From the NCBI GenBank assembly GCA_965237955.1, contig OZ250169.1, positions 288,001-352,000 of the forward strand: a DNA stretch of 64,000 nt. The letters are read 5' to 3'. Numbering within the stretch: the stretch's first letter is position 1; every line of letters starts with the position of its first letter. Source of the DNA: Candidatus Marinacidobacterales bacterium (GTDB taxonomy: Bacteria; Acidobacteriota; Vicinamibacteria; Marinacidobacterales; SMYC01). Below the pieces are notes generated by a model. It saw nothing but the letters and a program-made list of their open reading frames with translations, searched no databases and was not told the origin of the DNA. This document shows, in pieces, positions 31,775 through 42,533 of the stretch. The translations under genes and the position numbers were made by a program.

Positions 31775-32249
31775 TCGGCAACACAGTGCCCACAATCGCG
31801 AGTTTCTTGAACTCCACTATCCTTGGCATCCGCTCCACGGACGTAGGATTCTCGTCCGCGGCCGGCGAAAGTGGGGCAAGCACACAGCCGTTCGCTTCAC
31901 GGTAGAAGACGAACCGCAACGAGTCTGGACCGAACTTCCGGTCTGGATGTTTGACCGTGCCGTCTGTTCACGGATGCGTTTGACTGACCGACCCCGCGTT
32001 CATTGGAAAGCCTTGGTAGAACTTAGGCAACTGCTGGACGAGACGGTGTGTGCGCCTCCGTTGGCAAGGGTACAAGATCAGCATCGTTGTTCGAACGTAG
32101 AAGGAGGTGCTGATGAAGGTGATACATCGATTTCGTCGAGCGGAGCAACTTCGGTTTTTCGATCGAAACAGAGTTCTCCCCCTGTGGAGCAGTCTTCCGG
32201 AAGACGTCAGGCAAGCGGTAACTCGATTGACGGCGGAGATGCTCCGTGA
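31775..32249 (+). CDS. Start-less accessory ORF of the LSR element (DUF5372/Y4bD-like), completed only at the circle junction
   Basis: Open frame from the left end, [22 protein letters not shown]...ELPVWMFD; first in-frame ATG is at 31947, after the conserved-looking motifs. Confidence 0.65.
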
Positions 32250-32304
32250 GCACTGGGCAACAAAATCCACGAACGAAGTAGAGAGGAGGACAAAGGATGA
32301 GTGA
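32107..32304 (+). CDS. Small accessory protein of the LSR element
   Basis: AGGAGG upstream of ATG 32113; [20 protein letters not shown]; overlaps the LSR start. Confidence 0.65.
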   Translation: MLMKVIHRFRRAEQLRFFDRNRVLPLWSSLPEDVRQAVTRLTAEMLREHWATKSTNEVERRTKDE

Positions 32305-34381
32305 GAAGATCAGAAAGCAACACCTCGCACGTAAAGCTGTTCTCTATGTTCGGCAATCCTCCCCCCATCAGGTTGCCCGTAACGAAGAGAGCCGACGGCT
32401 CCAATACGCCATGGAGGACCGACTCAAGGAACTCGGCTGGGAGGAAGTCGCGGTCGTTGACGAGGACCTCGGCCGCTCAGCGGCTGGTGGGACGCACCGT
32501 AGCGGGTTTGAAGGTATGGTGGCCGAAGTGTGCCTAGGCAAGGTCGGTGCGGTAGCCGCCCGGGAAGTATCACGCTTCGCTCGAAACAGTCGGGATTGGC
32601 AGAAGCTGGTGGAAGTGTGTCGAGTGGTCGACACTCTTCTTATCGATCAGGAGACGATCTACGATTCTCGCCGCGGTAACGACAGGTTGCTTCTAGGATT
32701 GAAAGGCCGTCTCAACGAATACGAGCTCGATATCCTAAGGCTTCGCGCCGTAGAGGCTCGTCACGAGAAGGCGCGACGTGGAGAGTTGGTCGTCATAAGG
32801 TCTGCTGGCTATATCACGACCGACGAAGGCATCGTGAAGGAGCCAGACCGCCGTGTCCAGCGGACCATAGGATTAGTGTTCCAAAAGTTTCTTGAGCTTG
32901 GCTCAGCCCGCCAAACCTTGCTGTGGTTCATCGAGCACGGTTTAGAAATCCCTGTGCGCGAGTATGGCACAACGGGCTGGGAGACCGTATGGAAACGCCC
33001 CACCTACCAGCTGGTGATACGAATTTTGCAGGACCCGATCCACGCGGGCGCCTACACCTACGGCAAGACCGAAGTAACGACTGAGTTTGAGAGTGGAGTC
33101 GCTCGCAAGAAAATCAGGCGAAAACCGAAAGAAGAGTGGCTTGCTTTGCTCTACGATCACCATGAGAGCTATATTGCTCGCGAAGAGTTTGAGCGGATCC
33201 AAGAGATGATCTCAAACAACGCTCAATGGCCGAACGGCCCTGGACCTGGAGCAGCAAAAAAGGGGCGAGCGCTCCTGTCGGGCTTGCTGCGGTGCGGGCG
33301 TTGCGGCCGCAAGCTGATGGTGGTCTACACGGGCCGGAACTGCGACGTTGCGCGCTACATGTGTGGTCGGGGAGCGCTGAACAATGCGGAAGCTCGTTGT
33401 ATCAGTTTCGGAAGTCAGCCAGTAGACGATGCTGTAGCCGGTGAAGTGCTCCGGGTGATCGAGCCTGGTGCCATAGAGGCAGCGATGCTCGCACAGCGAG
33501 AAGTTGCTTGCGCGCAGGATGACGTCGTCGAAGCGCTGCGTCTGGACCTCGAGGCAGCACGCTACACAGCGGAGCGCTCTTGGAAACAATACGATACCGC
33601 TGACCCAGCAAACCGCCTGGTGGTTGATGAGCTGGAAAGACGGTGGAATATCGCACTCGAAAAATTTCAAGAGCTCGAAGATAGGATCACGCAACAGGAA
33701 GCTCAGCGAAAGCAAGTGGTGGCGCCGGACCTGAAGGTTTTCGAACAGCTAGCCGAAGATCTCGGTCGCGTATGGAGTGATCCAGAGACGGACGTCCGGC
33801 TGAAGAAACGCATCGTTCGTGCGCTGATTGAAGAGGTGATTGTCGACATCGACCGAACAATCGGTGAAACCTCACTCGTGATTCATTGGAAAGGCGGCAC
33901 GCACACTGAATTGCGCGTACCGATTCGTCGCCGCGGGCAAAACAGTCTCCATACGTCAAAGGACATCGTCGATGCGGTACGAACTCTGACGCTGGTTTGT
34001 ACTGATGATGTCGTAGCAGCTTACCTGAACCGTAACGGCCTACTCACCGGTCGTGGAAACCGCTGGACCCGAGAGAGAGTTGTTTCCCTTCGAAATAAGC
34101 GCGGGATCGCTAAGTATTCACCCCCACGGCAAGAGGCAGAAGGCTGGATGAACCTAACTCAAGCGGTCGCCTATCTTGGCGTCTCTGGCAGCGCCCTCCG
34201 GCACAGGGTCGAACGAGGTGAGCTGAAAGCCATGCATCCGCTGCCTGATGGACCTTGGGTTCTTAATAGGCAACAACTTGATCAACCGGGTGTTCGCAAG
34301 GTTATCGAGAGGATCCGTCAGAATCGGAACCCCGCATCGCAATCACTCGAACAACGAACCCTTTTTGAAACAACAACATGA
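32297..34381 (+). CDS. Large serine recombinase (694 aa)
   Basis: LYVRQS catalytic Ser, DEDLGRS, EVSRFARN, zinc ribbon LLSGLLRCGRCG, coiled coil, C-terminal HTH. Confidence 0.95.
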   Translation: MSEKIRKQHLARKAVLYVRQSSPHQVARNEESRRLQYAMEDRLKELGWEEVAVVDEDLGRSAAGGTHRSGFEGMVAEVCLGKVGAVAAREVSRFARNSRDWQKLVEVCRVVDTLLIDQETIYDSRRGNDRLLLGLKGRLNEYELDILRLRAVEARHEKARRGELVVIRSAGYITTDEGIVKEPDRRVQRTIGLVFQKFLELGSARQTLLWFIEHGLEIPVREYGTTGWETVWKRPTYQLVIRILQDPIHAGAYTYGKTEVTTEFESGVARKKIRRKPKEEWLALLYDHHESYIAREEFERIQEMISNNAQWPNGPGPGAAKKGRALLSGLLRCGRCGRKLMVVYTGRNCDVARYMCGRGALNNAEARCISFGSQPVDDAVAGEVLRVIEPGAIEAAMLAQREVACAQDDVVEALRLDLEAARYTAERSWKQYDTADPANRLVVDELERRWNIALEKFQELEDRITQQEAQRKQVVAPDLKVFEQLAEDLGRVWSDPETDVRLKKRIVRALIEEVIVDIDRTIGETSLVIHWKGGTHTELRVPIRRRGQNSLHTSKDIVDAVRTLTLVCTDDVVAAYLNRNGLLTGRGNRWTRERVVSLRNKRGIAKYSPPRQEAEGWMNLTQAVAYLGVSGSALRHRVERGELKAMHPLPDGPWVLNRQQLDQPGVRKVIERIRQNRNPASQSLEQRTLFETTT

Positions 34382-34696
34382 CATGATGAGGCAGTATGAA
34401 ACGTCATTCTAGTGCACTACGTATTCGGTTACCGCTGTGCGCAGGTGTCGCTCACTGAGAGGTACGAAGCGGTCGAGTGCGTATTCCGGGGCATCGTGAA
34501 CGCAGATTCCAGCCGAAGGTGAACATCCATTCCAAAGCATCGTGAACACGGATTCCGGGGATCGTGAACATCGATTCCGGGGAAGGTGAACACGGATTCC
34601 AGGCAACGTGAACGCCGGTTCCGGCATCGCGAACGCTCATCGATAGCACGTTTCAAGGCACTCTAGGTCGTACCCGGAAGGAGGACGATCTAGGAA

Positions 34697-36253
34697 ATGG
34701 CAGCTAAGAGGTTATCGATGAGAAAAATACGAGAGGTTCTAAGGTTAAAGTACGAGCTGGGTTTTACTCACCGCACGATCGCAAAGGCACTTCGCGTGGC
34801 GGTTGGAACGGTGAGTGAGTACCTGGCCAAGGCGAAGAAGGGTGGTCTGAGCTGGCCGCTCCCGGAGGAGCTGAGCGACGGGGAGCTGGAGGCAGGGCTG
34901 TTTCCGCCGCCGGGCTCGTCTGGCGCACGGCCGGGTCTGGACTATGCCCACATCCACGAGGAGCTGAGGCGTCACCGAGAGCTGACGTTGCTGCAGCTGT
35001 GGGTGGAGTACGCGGAGAATAAGCCGGGAGCGTACGGCTACAGCCGTTATTGCGAGCTGTACGGTCAGTGGAAGAAGAAGCTGAACCCGACGATGCGTCA
35101 ACGGCATCGAGCAGGCGAGAAGACATTCGTCGATTTTTCGGGGAAGAAGCCTCACATCGTCGATCCGAAAACGGGAGAGCTCGTCGAAATGGAGCTGTTC
35201 GTCGGGACGTTGGGCGCGAGCAGTTACACCTACGTCGAAGCGACACTGAACCAGTCGCTGGAATCGTGGGCGAAGGCCCATAAGGGGATGTCGGATTACT
35301 TCGGTGGCAGTACGGAGATCTGGGTTCCGGACAACTTGAAGAGCGGCGTGGATTTGGTGGACCGTTACGAGCCAGGGATCAACCGGACGTACGAAGAGCT
35401 GGCGACGCATTACGGTGCGGTTGTGGTCCCGGCTCGGGTGTTCAAGCCGAAAGACAAAGCGAAGGTGGAGTCGGCAGTGCAGGTGGCGCAGCGCTGGATC
35501 CTGGCGGTGCTTCGTCATCGCACGTTCTTCAGCCTGGCGGAACTGAACGAAGCCATCTGGGAGAAGTTAGAGGTCCTGAATGCGCGTCCGATGCAGAAGC
35601 TCGGTGTGAGTCGGCGGGAGTTGTACGAAAGGCTAGACCGGCCCGTACTGAAACCGCTACCGCAGGAGAGCTACGAGTTATCGACGTGGAAGCGGTGCAG
35701 AGTGAACATCGACTACCACGTGGAGGTGGAGAACAACTTGTACAGCGTTCCCTATCAGCTCATTCACGAGAAAGTCGAGGCACGGGTGACGGCCTCGGTG
35801 GTGGAGGTCCTGTTCAAGGGAAAGCGCGTCGCGTCGCATCCCCGCAAGAAAGGAAAGGGGCACTACTCCACGAACCCGGAGCATATGCCACGTTCGCATC
35901 GGGAGCACCTGGAGTGGACGCCGTCGCGGCTGCTCCACTGGGCGGAGCAGTCAGGTCGCGCCACGGGAAGGCTGGTTGCGGGGATTCTAGAGAGTCGGCC
36001 TCACCCGGAGCAGGGATTTCGCTCTTGCCTGGGAGTCATGCGACTAGGCAGCCGCTGGGGCAGTGAGCGTCTCGAGGCCGCTTGCGCACGAGCGGAAGCT
36101 TTGAGCTCTTACAGCTATCGCACGGTGAAAAACATTCTCTCGGCTGGTCTGGATCGTGTGGTGCTCGAATCGGACGCCGAAGCGAAACCGCGAGAGGAGC
36201 ACGAGAACATCCGAGGCGCGGATCACTACGAAGGAGGAGAGTCCCGATGCTGA
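34697..36253 (+). CDS. istA: IS21 transposase IstA
   Basis: MRKIREVLRL, FVDFSG, VPDNLKSGV, KPKDKAKVE, HENIRG. Confidence 0.95.
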   Translation: MAAKRLSMRKIREVLRLKYELGFTHRTIAKALRVAVGTVSEYLAKAKKGGLSWPLPEELSDGELEAGLFPPPGSSGARPGLDYAHIHEELRRHRELTLLQLWVEYAENKPGAYGYSRYCELYGQWKKKLNPTMRQRHRAGEKTFVDFSGKKPHIVDPKTGELVEMELFVGTLGASSYTYVEATLNQSLESWAKAHKGMSDYFGGSTEIWVPDNLKSGVDLVDRYEPGINRTYEELATHYGAVVVPARVFKPKDKAKVESAVQVAQRWILAVLRHRTFFSLAELNEAIWEKLEVLNARPMQKLGVSRRELYERLDRPVLKPLPQESYELSTWKRCRVNIDYHVEVENNLYSVPYQLIHEKVEARVTASVVEVLFKGKRVASHPRKKGKGHYSTNPEHMPRSHREHLEWTPSRLLHWAEQSGRATGRLVAGILESRPHPEQGFRSCLGVMRLGSRWGSERLEAACARAEALSSYSYRTVKNILSAGLDRVVLESDAEAKPREEHENIRGADHYEGGESRC

Positions 36254-37005
36254 CACCCGAAACGATAGAAAAGATGAACGCCATGAAGTTGTTCGGCTTG
36301 GTGTCCGCGTTCGAAACCCAGTTGAGCTCGAGCGAATACAAGGAGCTGAGCTTCGAGGAACGTGTGGGACTCCTGGTCGATGCCGAGTGGACCGCCCGCG
36401 AACAGCGTAAGCTTTCTCGACGACTGCGAGCGGCAAAGCTCCGCTATCCGGCATGTTTGGAGAACGTGAACTTCCAAGCGCCTCGAGGCTTAAACCGCGA
36501 ACAGATCTTGAGCCTGGGCAACTGCCGCTTTGTCGGTGAGCGCCATAACCTGCTCATCACCGGCCCGACGGGGATTGGCAAATCGTTCTTGGCTTGCGCC
36601 TTCGTGGAGCGGGCCTGTCGTCGCGGCTTCACCGGATGCTACGTGCGAGCACCGCGCTTGCTCCACGAGCTCGCGGTCGCTCGTGGTGATGGTTCCTACG
36701 CCCGGCTTTTGACGAAACTCGCCAAGCTGGACTTACTGGCTATCGATGATTGGCTGCTTCACCCGCTGAAAGAATCGGAGAGACGGGATCTAATGGAGGT
36801 CATCGAAGACCGCGCCGAGCGTGGCTCCACACTCATCGCGACCCAGATTCCGCTCAAGCAGTGGCACGAAGCGATTGGCGACCCAAACCAGGCAGACGCT
36901 ATCTGCGATCGCATTCTCCACAGCGCGCACCGCATCACTCTCAAAGGAGCTTCTCTGAGAAAGACCAAGGCTGCGCCAAAGGCATTTGACAACGCCGATG
37001 CATGA
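36247..37005 (+). CDS. istB: IS21 helper ATPase IstB
   Basis: GPTGIGKS Walker A; LLAIDDW Walker B; ADAICDR. Confidence 0.95.
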   Translation: MLTPETIEKMNAMKLFGLVSAFETQLSSSEYKELSFEERVGLLVDAEWTAREQRKLSRRLRAAKLRYPACLENVNFQAPRGLNREQILSLGNCRFVGERHNLLITGPTGIGKSFLACAFVERACRRGFTGCYVRAPRLLHELAVARGDGSYARLLTKLAKLDLLAIDDWLLHPLKESERRDLMEVIEDRAERGSTLIATQIPLKQWHEAIGDPNQADAICDRILHSAHRITLKGASLRKTKAAPKAFDNADA

Positions 37006-38609
37006 GCGAGCGAGGGACCACAGCGTCGATGCGATAAAAACGGGTGAAACCGCCAAACCCGGGGTACCAGACGATGCGGTGCCAAAACGACGCGCGAGAA
37101 TGCCTCAGGAAGCGTATTCTCGAGCCAGGCCATACCCCAGCAACCCCCCGAAACCAGCCCCACATCGCCCGGGGTTCGGCCGCGGCAGGTCGCTGCCTAC
37201 GGGAGCGGGAAGGTCGCTTCGCGTCTTTCCTTACGCCCCGCTCCCTCCGGCACCGACCTGCCGCCCCTTGCTACACAACACGCAGGTAAGATAGGTTCAC
37301 GTTTTCAATCAGTGGAAAGGAGGTCACCCAACACTTCATCGCTTCGATGAGCGTTCGGCTTCACCGGATTCGCTGTTCAGCTTGCTCTGGATTCGGCGTT
37401 CACGATGGCTGGAATACGCAGTCGAGACACTCTCGACGTATGGAGAGAACGAATCTTTCCGCGTATGCGTTCAGATTCGGACTATTGGCGGGAAGGCGGA
37501 GGGGCTTCACGCCTGAATCTCTCAACAGCCCACGTACCGCCTCGGTGAATAGTGGGTCCCGGTCGTGGATGAGGTATCGCTTGCCAAGGAGGAAACCATC
37601 CCACATGTCAGTGAGGTTTCTTGCCACCTGCTTCATCCACTCCCCGTTGGGGTCCGACGTTATCCCACCGATGCACACGCAGCGAGTGGCGATATCGATG
37701 ACAAACAGGACATGGTAGCGGACGAGCCCGAACGGGTTCACAACCTCGACGGTGAACAGGTCTGTCGCAGCGATGGCGCCCCAATGAGCCTTGATGAAGG
37801 TGCTCCACGACATGCTCCTGCCCCGCTCCTGCCCCGCTCCGGGGCAGGCGCGATACCGTGCTCGGCGAGGATCCTCTTGACAGTGTTGCGTCCGAGTTCA
37901 TGTCCTAGGTTCTTGAGTGCGCCTCGCAGGCGCGTATATCCCCACGTCGGGTTCTCCCGCGCCACGCGCACAATGAGCTCACGGATGTCCTTCGCCGTCG
38001 GAGGTCGGCCTGGGCTCCGGTTCTTGCTGCCATCGTACTTGGCTGCGATGAGGTGGCGGTACCAGCGCAGAAGCGTAGCGGGTGTGGCAACGGACGCAAT
38101 CTGGGCCAGCGCCTCGCGGCCCAAAGCCTGGGCCTTGACCGCGAGCCTGCGCCGGTCGTCGTCCGAGAGCCTGAGACGCTTGCCCCGAAGCCAGGCTCGG
38201 AGCACACGGTTCTCCTCTTGCTGGTAGTCGATCACATCCTGCTGCTGGCGGTTGACCCAGCCAGCTAGAACGAGCAGTAGGAATTGCACGTGGTACGTCA
38301 TCATGGATCTGAAGATAACACCCTCGGGCCAGACGATTGTAAAGCCTACGGCCCTTGGCCCCGGCGCAAACACAGACACTAAGCTGCTGATTTATGGCCT
38401 ATTTCAAAAGGGCCGAGTTTTGGCACAGGACGGGAGTCGATACGGATTGTAGAACCCGTCCTGTGCCAAAACTCTGTGCCAAAACTCGGGCTCTTTTGAA
38501 ATAGACCATAAATCAGCAGCTTAGTGTCTATGTTTGCGATCGGGCCAAGGCGGCGCAAGGGTCTTGAGTTCGTTTGTTTATTTGGACACGACGGGTTCAA
38601 CCGAATTTC

Positions 38610-38897
38610 GTCACAGTACGGGACTCATTTGTCGCTTGAGAAGGACGCGCCCGAGCCTCGCCGACGATGGGCAAAGTGAGAGCCATTCCAAAGGTCGGTA
38701 GTCTCCATCATCACTACACTCGACGCGCTGCCTGAGTCCGATCCGCTCGGAACGGCTGCGAGACTTCGCAGGTTACACCTCTACCCCTGAGTAGAGCCGA
38801 CGCCGGCCCTCAGAACGTCCTACATGAAGACGACCAAAGCATTCTGGTTGCAGGTAGTTCGCCAATCTCATGCAGCTCGAGTTTATGGACGTGACAG
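38610..38897 (+). mobile_element. 3' remnant of another IS481-like element
   Basis: HLSLEKDAP...IPKVGSLHHHYTRRAA stop; right end GAGTTTATGGACGTGACA, similar end at 62631-62683. Confidence 0.65.
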
Positions 38898-38932
38898 CGC
38901 CAACACTTGATTGCGGAAGCACCTGATAAAAT

Positions 38933-41224
38933 GGGTCTACGCGGATTCGTGTGGGTTGAAAACTGCATTTCTGGGTAATGGCGGAAGGAAAGCCGCCACG
39001 ATCTTCAGCTTGAGATATTCCTCGTCGCGATAGCCGTAGGCGCGTCGTTGCAGAACACGGATTTTGTTGTTGACCCCTTCAACTAGGCCGAGACTGACTT
39101 TGTTCTCCGGATGACAGTAGGAGGCGATACCATCCCAATGGGACTCAATCATACCGGCGAACTTCTGGTACGGATGCAGGCGTTGCCATTTGAGGCTGTC
39201 TTTCCAACGAGTGAAAAAGGCGCGAGCGCCGCGTTCGGTGCGGTAATCTCAGAGTTGCCCGAAGGCCTCCTTCAAAATATAGGCGGTGTTCAGGCGCCGG
39301 TTGGCCTGGAGCAACTTTTTGAGTGCGCGGCGACCGTCTAGGCTCAGGTTCTCCCGCCGGGAAAGCAAAGTGTAACGCTGCCCCTTGATGTACGACCGGT
39401 CCTTGCCGCTGAGGCGTTTGTACTCACCGCGCCGGACCTCATCGAGGGCCTTTGACAGATGACGCATGATATGAAACTTGTCGAAGATGATCCGCGCATT
39501 AGGCGCGTTGTGAATCACCGAGTTCCGGAAGGGCTTCCACATATCCATGGCGGCCAGCTGGATCCGTCCCGCTTCCCGTGGAAATAAGAATGGCGTAACC
39601 TCCGGTTAAACAAAACGAAACCGCGCCTGGAAAGGCGAGGAGGAGGATTACGCCATGAAGAAGCCTACCACCATATCGAAGGAGTCTGTAAGCGAGTATC
39701 GGGAGTTCGTCCAACTTCGGCTGCGTAAGCGGGTACTGGAGGCGATCGAGGTCGTGCTCGAGGAAGAAGTTAACCAAGCGCTGGGGTGTGGTAGCTACGA
39801 GCGTGCGGAAGACCGCCGTGGATATCGCAACGGAGCCGAAACCCGTCGCGTGACGACGTCGGTGGGAACTCGCGAGCTCCGGGTGCCACGAGCCCGCGTG
39901 CGAGACGAGGAAACGGGAGAAACGACAGAGTTCAGGAGCGAGCTGTTGCCCCGGTACGCGCGCCGGACTCGTGAGGTCGACGAGGCGATCTTGGGGACGT
40001 ACTTGTCGGGCGCGAATAGCCGCCGGATCCGCAAAGCGCTGAAACCACTGCTCGGTGAGGAGCACCTATCGAAGAGCGCGGTGTCTCGCGTGGTTAGCCG
40101 GCTGAAGGAGCGCTTCGAGGAATGGCAGAACCGTGCTCTCAGCGAGGAGGTCTACGCGATCGTTTACCTGGACGGCTTCCACCTGAAAGTGCGGATGGCG
40201 AAACGTGTGATCAGCGTACCCGTACTGGTCGCGCTCGGGGTCGCGCCAGACGGGCACAAACGTCTGTTGTCATTGCGTCTGGCGGTGAGCGAAGCCTCGA
40301 CGCATTGGGGCTCCGTGCTGGAGGGACTCCAGGCTCGAGGACTCCGGCTCCCAAGCTAGTGATCAGCGACGGCCACAAGGGGCTGACGAAAGCGCTGGAG
40401 AAGTGGCCGGGGTGCCGGTTGCAGCGATGTACCGAGCACAAGCGCGCCAACTTGCTCCAACATTGCCCGGCGCACGCACGCCGTGAGCTCCGGCGTGACT
40501 ACAACCGGATCGTCTACGCCAAGAACGGGATCGATGCTCGCAAAGCCTATGATGAGCTCGTCGCCAAGTGGACGCCTCTCGCGCCGGCCGTCGTCCGAAG
40601 CCTAGAGGAGGCCGGTAATCAGCTGCTGACCTTCTACGAATTCCCTCGTGCCATGTGGAAATCGATTCGCACGACCAATGCTCTGGAGAATCTCAACCGC
40701 GAGTTTCGACGCCGGACGAAAACCCAAGCGTCGTTCTTCAGCGAGGAGTCCGCGGTCGCTTTGCTGTTTGGGCTTATCGCCTCTGGCCAGATTCAACTAC
40801 GACGCATCGACGGCTACCAACGTCTGAGCGAGGTTCTCGAACACGCAGAGGCTGCCGCCTGATATGATACTCTGATGACGGAGTGGAGGGCGCCGTTTTT
40901 TTTCCACGGACCTCGGGACACATCCTGCTTGTCATAGCGCCCCCGGCACCGTTGCCTACAGTAAGAGCACACAGCTGTTTTTTTCGCCTCTTGAGCTGGA
41001 TGACGCGGGCGTATCGGTCACCGAATAGACCCTTCAATCCGGCACCAACCACGAAACCTGGCAGCGCAAACAGCGAGCGGATCGACTTGGAATTTTTCAC
41101 TCGGTTAGCCTATCCTAAAAATGGACCACTTTTCAGCACCTGATGAAGTACTCGATACCTTTTCCACACAATGAGTTACACTGTTTTACCGTCAGAACTT
41201 ACCCACACGAATCCGCGTAAACCC
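38933..41224 (-). mobile_element. ISL3-family element, inactivated (IS256 insertion with internal deletion, premature stop)
   Basis: 24-bp IR GGGTYTACGCGGATTCGTGTGGGT; 8-bp duplication GATAAAAT; MDMWKPF, DKFH, EGVNNKIR...AYG. Confidence 0.92.
39560..40925 (+). mobile_element. IS256-family element with frameshifted transposase (39655-40862)
   Basis: IR GGATxxGTCCCG..CCGTGGAAA; YRNG, VYLDG, ISDG, RTTNALENLNREF; frameshift near 40345; no target duplication. Confidence 0.88.
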
Positions 41225-41282
41225 GATAAAATTATGGAACAAATGGCATGCCGTTTGCGCATACAAGCTCTGGAGGGACACG

Positions 41283-42533
41283 ATGGATATCCAAAGAGAG
41301 GGTATTGCCAGGAAGAAAAAGATTCGCCGTGCCATCTATTCGGTCGTCTGTGTGGCTGCGTTTGCGACGATCACTCTCGCCCTGTCTCGGCTCGAGCCTG
41401 CAGCACCATCGGTCAGCCGGGCCACGGTCTGGATGGATACGGTCCAGAGGGGCTTGATGCTGCGCCAGGTCCGGGGTCCGGGGACCCTCGTTCCGGTAGA
41501 GATTCGTTGGATAACCGCGCGAACCAATGGCCTGGTCGAGCAGATCACGCTGCCCGGCATCGAAGTCAAGGCCGACACCGTGCTCATCGAGATGAGCAAT
41601 CCCGAGCTCGAGCAGGCGGCCCTCGATTCCGACTACCAGCTGCGTGCTGCCGAAGCGCAAATGGCGGATCTCAAGGTCCAGCTAAAGAGTGAGCTCCTCA
41701 ACCAGCGGGCCAAATCTGCGGCGGTACAGGCAGAGTTCAACCAGGCTCAGCTGCAAGCCGAATCAGACCAGGAGCTTCAAGATCAAGGTCTGATTGGAGA
41801 TTTGACCTTGAAGCTCTCGACGGTTCGGGCCGAAGAGCTGGTGGTCCGAAATCAGCTGGAACAGGAACGCCTGGATATTGCCTACGAGTCCGTCAAAGCC
41901 CGTTTGATGGCGGAGGAAGCGCGCCTGGGTCAGTTTCGCGACCTTTATGAGCTCAGGAGAAGCCAGTTGGATGGCCTGAAAGTTCGCGCCGGAATCGACG
42001 GCGTGTTGCAGCAAGTTCCTGTCGAGGTCGGCCAGCAAATGACCCCGGGGACCATTCTGGCCAAGGTGGCGCAGCCGACCAAGCTCAAAGCGGAGCTGCG
42101 CATTGCTGAGACGCAGGCCAAGGATATCGAAATGGGACAGTTCGCGTCGATCGATACGCGCAACAGTGTGATCGAGGGCCGGGTCATGCGAGTCGATCCC
42201 GCCGTCGTGGAGGGTACGGTCACCGTCGACGTGGAACTGGTGGGCGAGCTGCCCAAGGGAGCACGACCCGACTTGAGCGTCGACGGCACGATCGAGCTCG
42301 AACGCCTGGTAGACGTGCTCTACGTGGGACGTCCTGCCTATGGCCAGTCGGGAAGCACCATCGGCCTTTTCCGGCTCACCGAGGATGGAGAGAACGCGGA
42401 CCGTGTGCAGGTGCAGCTCGGCCGGAGCTCGGTGAGCACGATAGAGATCGTGAGGGGCCTCGCGGAAGGCGACCAGGTGGTCCTCTCCGACACCTCGCCC
42501 TGGGATGCTTACGACCGCATTCGTTTGAACTAA
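41283..42533 (+). CDS. Efflux RND/ABC periplasmic adaptor (HlyD family)
   Basis: N-terminal membrane anchor, VRGPGTLVP, lipoyl halves, alpha hairpin, GLAEGDQVVLSD. Confidence 0.9.
   Translation: MDIQREGIARKKKIRRAIYSVVCVAAFATITLALSRLEPAAPSVSRATVWMDTVQRGLMLRQVRGPGTLVPVEIRWITARTNGLVEQITLPGIEVKADTVLIEMSNPELEQAALDSDYQLRAAEAQMADLKVQLKSELLNQRAKSAAVQAEFNQAQLQAESDQELQDQGLIGDLTLKLSTVRAEELVVRNQLEQERLDIAYESVKARLMAEEARLGQFRDLYELRRSQLDGLKVRAGIDGVLQQVPVEVGQQMTPGTILAKVAQPTKLKAELRIAETQAKDIEMGQFASIDTRNSVIEGRVMRVDPAVVEGTVTVDVELVGELPKGARPDLSVDGTIELERLVDVLYVGRPAYGQSGSTIGLFRLTEDGENADRVQVQLGRSSVSTIEIVRGLAEGDQVVLSDTSPWDAYDRIRLN

Larger units (their letters stand above)
31769..34415 (+). mobile_element. 2.64-kb large-serine-recombinase mobile element
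   Basis: Interrupts the host transposase (intact at 46861 and 61861); TAGTGC at both junctions (31769-31774, 34410-34415). Confidence 0.9.
34478..37420 (+). mobile_element. IS21-family element
   Basis: Ends TGCGTATTCC / GGAATACGCA; 6-bp target duplication GTCGAG (34472-34477, 37421-37426); internal end repeats. Confidence 0.95.
31404..38432 (-). mobile_element. CGT-ended IS481-like element (1428 bp net) with 102-bp IRs, interrupted by an LSR element and IS21
   Basis: IRs 31404-31505 and 38331-38432; transposase pieces 38304->37427, 34477->34416, 31774->31633; 11-bp duplication frameshift near 37815. Confidence 0.9.

Noticed and set aside
34490-34635. Seven ~22-bp repeats (GTGAAC...ATTCC) resembling a mini CRISPR array
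   Set aside because: No unique spacers and no cas genes; they lie inside the IS21 left end, where multiple transposase-binding repeats are expected.
37810-38490. 11-bp and 13-bp tandem micro-duplications (near 37815 and 38461)
   Set aside because: Simple slippage in inactive IS copies; no sign of function.
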